This document shows positions 63,203 through 64,000 of a stretch of 64,000 nt of DNA, one piece after another. Within the stretch, counting starts at the first letter, position 1, and each line of letters begins with the position of its first letter. A program made the position numbers and the translations under genes. Origin of the DNA: Folioceros fuciformis (Eukaryota); assembly GCA_049999805.1 (NCBI GenBank), contig JBNGIO010006246.1:107812-171811 (forward strand), given 5' to 3'. The notes under the pieces are model-generated. The model saw only the letters and a list, made by a program, of their open reading frames with translations, did no database searches and was not told where the DNA came from.

Positions 63203-63886
63203 TCAGGGCACGTAGTCCTCATCTTCCTCATCGAACTCACTAAAATCGATATCATCCAATCGGCCAGATCCCTGCCGGTTGTTCACTCTGCCGAGGTATC
63301 CTGTGCCCTTAAAGTTTCTGAGCTCCAGCGGCCCCAGCTGCGCCTGCGACTCGCTCACGGTGATCTGGAACGAAATCTTGCTCTTCCCGGGCGGGATTTC
63401 GGAGATGGTGTCGATGCGCAGACTCTCTGCAGCATCCAGGGCGGGCTCGCCTTGGGCGTCGTAGACTCGGCCGAAGATGTCCACATTGTACACAGGCTGC
63501 TTCATGGGGTTGAGAGCGTCTCCTGTGACTCGAAAACACCTAGCTCCAAACGACGTGCCGCCAGTCACAGTGGTCTGACCTTCGGGGCACGGCACCGGAG
63601 TTGCCTTGATTCCGGACAGAACAATCCTCACATCCGCCAGCGCTGGCCCACAGCCGCTCAGACCCGCAGCTGCTGCTCCCAGCAGAAGCAGTATCCGCCT
63701 CTCCAGATGAGCCGGCGAGCGGACTTCCGATGAGGATGACGATGCGGTTTCCTCCTCAAAGATGGCTCGGAGAGGTAAGAGCGAAGGAGGTCTCCGTTGC
63801 AGGACGGACCCTGAGGTGAAGGATGAGAAAGGCGTGCGCACTGCCGCTCGAGCTGAGGAGCAGGCTGTGGCTGGGAAGGAAGCCAT
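63203..63886 (-). CDS. Intronless thylakoid-lumen (Tat) protein of unknown function, resembling a conserved cyanobacterial hypothetical family
   Basis: Ser/Ala/Arg-rich transit peptide, ERR-ILLLLGAAAAG..ALA cleavage site; mature CP..CFRVTGDALN..VYNVDIFGRVYDAQG..I.EIPPG..L.LRNFKGTGY; acidic tail. Confidence 0.85.
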   Translation of the reverse strand: MASFPATACSSARAAVRTPFSSFTSGSVLQRRPPSLLPLRAIFEEETASSSSSEVRSPAHLERRILLLLGAAAAGLSGCGPALADVRIVLSGIKATPVPCPEGQTTVTGGTSFGARCFRVTGDALNPMKQPVYNVDIFGRVYDAQGEPALDAAESLRIDTISEIPPGKSKISFQITVSESQAQLGPLELRNFKGTGYLGRVNNRQGSGRLDDIDFSEFDEEDEDYVP

Positions 63887-64000
63887 CGCTTCGGTGTGAG
63901 GCGCTCGATACGAAGGTGGAGGACAAGGTAGCAGGAGGAAGAGTGCTCAGAGGTTGGCTTGTATGACGCGAGAGTGATAAAAAGCTTCATTTACCAAACG

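Overview
Gene-dense eukaryotic nuclear DNA from a land plant. Many short (~80-150 nt) GT-AG introns, about 50% GC and compact intergenic regions suggest a non-seed plant such as a hornwort (inference only). Intron-aware reading gives, in order: BMS1 (5'-truncated), two tandem PHF5A genes, a CobW/ZNG1 metallochaperone, ERCC1, a small orphan spliced gene, PsbW, calnexin, a decayed and an intact malectin-like LRR receptor kinase, a plasma-membrane H+-ATPase, ALKBH2, a cytochrome b5-fused fatty-acid 2-hydroxylase, RAR1, ClpS1, SHMT, RecX, VPS36, a disrupted TORNADO1-like LRR-Roc-COR gene, PLS-PPR and Ty3/Gypsy relics, PUR3 and an intronless Tat-targeted protein of unknown function. There are three 100-N gaps. 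Top lead: the second PHF5A copy is intact but carries Y36L, the branch-point-adenosine pocket residue whose substitution confers resistance to SF3b splicing inhibitors. Other leads: a predicted pseudokinase receptor, a PIP box on ALKBH2, the b5-FAH fusion, an in-frame N-terminal extension on SHMT and a cyanobacterial-type lumen protein. Exon boundaries were read by eye and no searches were run.
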